A DNA stretch of 51,599 nucleotides from a bacterium (GTDB lineage Bacteria > Patescibacteriota > Patescibacteriia > Patescibacteriales > GWC2-42-12), in NCBI GenBank assembly GCA_030649205.1, contig JAUSGE010000029.1, forward strand, positions 1 to 51,599, in the 5' to 3' direction. The notes beneath the pieces were generated by a model. The model did no database searches. It worked only from the letters and a program-made list of their open reading frames with translations, and was not told where the DNA came from. Below, in pieces: positions 51,371 to 51,599 of this stretch. The translations under genes and the position numbers were made by a program. How positions within the stretch are numbered: the first letter of the stretch is position 1; each line of letters starts with the position of its first letter.

Positions 51371-51599
51371 TTAGGTATTTGCGTTGGTCGCGATAAGCAG
51401 TTGACCCATGACAAAAGTCGCGATGGCATAGGCCGCCAAGATGATTACCAGGCCGATGATACCGGCCACAATCAATTTTTTAGCCTCGGCCACTTTGTCC
51501 TCGCCGCCCCCGGCCGTCATCCATTTAAAGCCGCCCAGCAGAATAATCACTACCGCGATAATGCCTAAAAAGCCTAAAATCACGTTAATGACTTGAGCG
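51371..51599 (-). CDS. VirB2/TrbC-like T4SS-pilin family protein (array member 1); the 5' end runs off the window
   Basis: The frame stays open to the window edge (...AQVINVILGFLGIIAV). LGGFKWMTAGGGEDKVAEAKKLIVAGIIGLVIILAAYAIATFV is the same subfamily as 37791/38252. Confidence 0.75.
   Translation of the reverse strand, partial: AQVINVILGFLGIIAVVIILLGGFKWMTAGGGEDKVAEAKKLIVAGIIGLVIILAAYAIATFVMGQLLIATNANT

Noticed and set aside
1-51599. Possible CRISPR array among the many short repeats
   Set aside because: The repeats are palindromic and belong to several unrelated families. They are irregularly spaced, often inverted relative to each other, and not separated by unique spacers of uniform length. 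No cas genes are present.

Overview
This 51.6-kb chromosomal segment reads like a Candidate Phyla Radiation (Patescibacteria/Parcubacteria-type) genome; the lineage call is an inference from gene content. The core is compact housekeeping: greA, an ABC-F ATPase, rlmN, nusA, H+/Na+-pyrophosphatase, tig, smpB plus tmRNA, rpsP, a KH protein, trmD, rluD, gmk, rplS, tsaE, lspA, a DksA/TraR protein and six tRNAs. Many membrane or coiled-coil proteins of unknown function are interleaved.

Five things stand out:
1. There are eleven small VirB2/TrbC-like 'T4SS-pilin' paralogs. Eight are back-to-back at 48.07-51.6 kb, two lie at 37.8-38.6 kb, and a Cys-rich variant at 33.6 kb ends an operon of unknown membrane proteins. 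No secretion ATPase is in the window.
2. Almost every intergenic spacer is filled with GC-rich palindromic mini-elements from at least six families. Some sit in frame inside rlmN and trmD, and some supply stop codons.
3. An IS element with about 80-bp terminal inverted repeats carries a transposase that lacks a canonical start codon. A 124-bp MITE derivative of it lies 11 kb away.
4. An AT-rich island carries an overlapping methyltransferase/endonuclease pair and an orphan ParA-like ATPase.
5. An 860-bp ORF-free region holds two perfect DnaA boxes, three related hairpins and an AT-rich tract.

No rRNA genes and no CRISPR array are present. All product calls come from motif recognition by eye; no database search was run.
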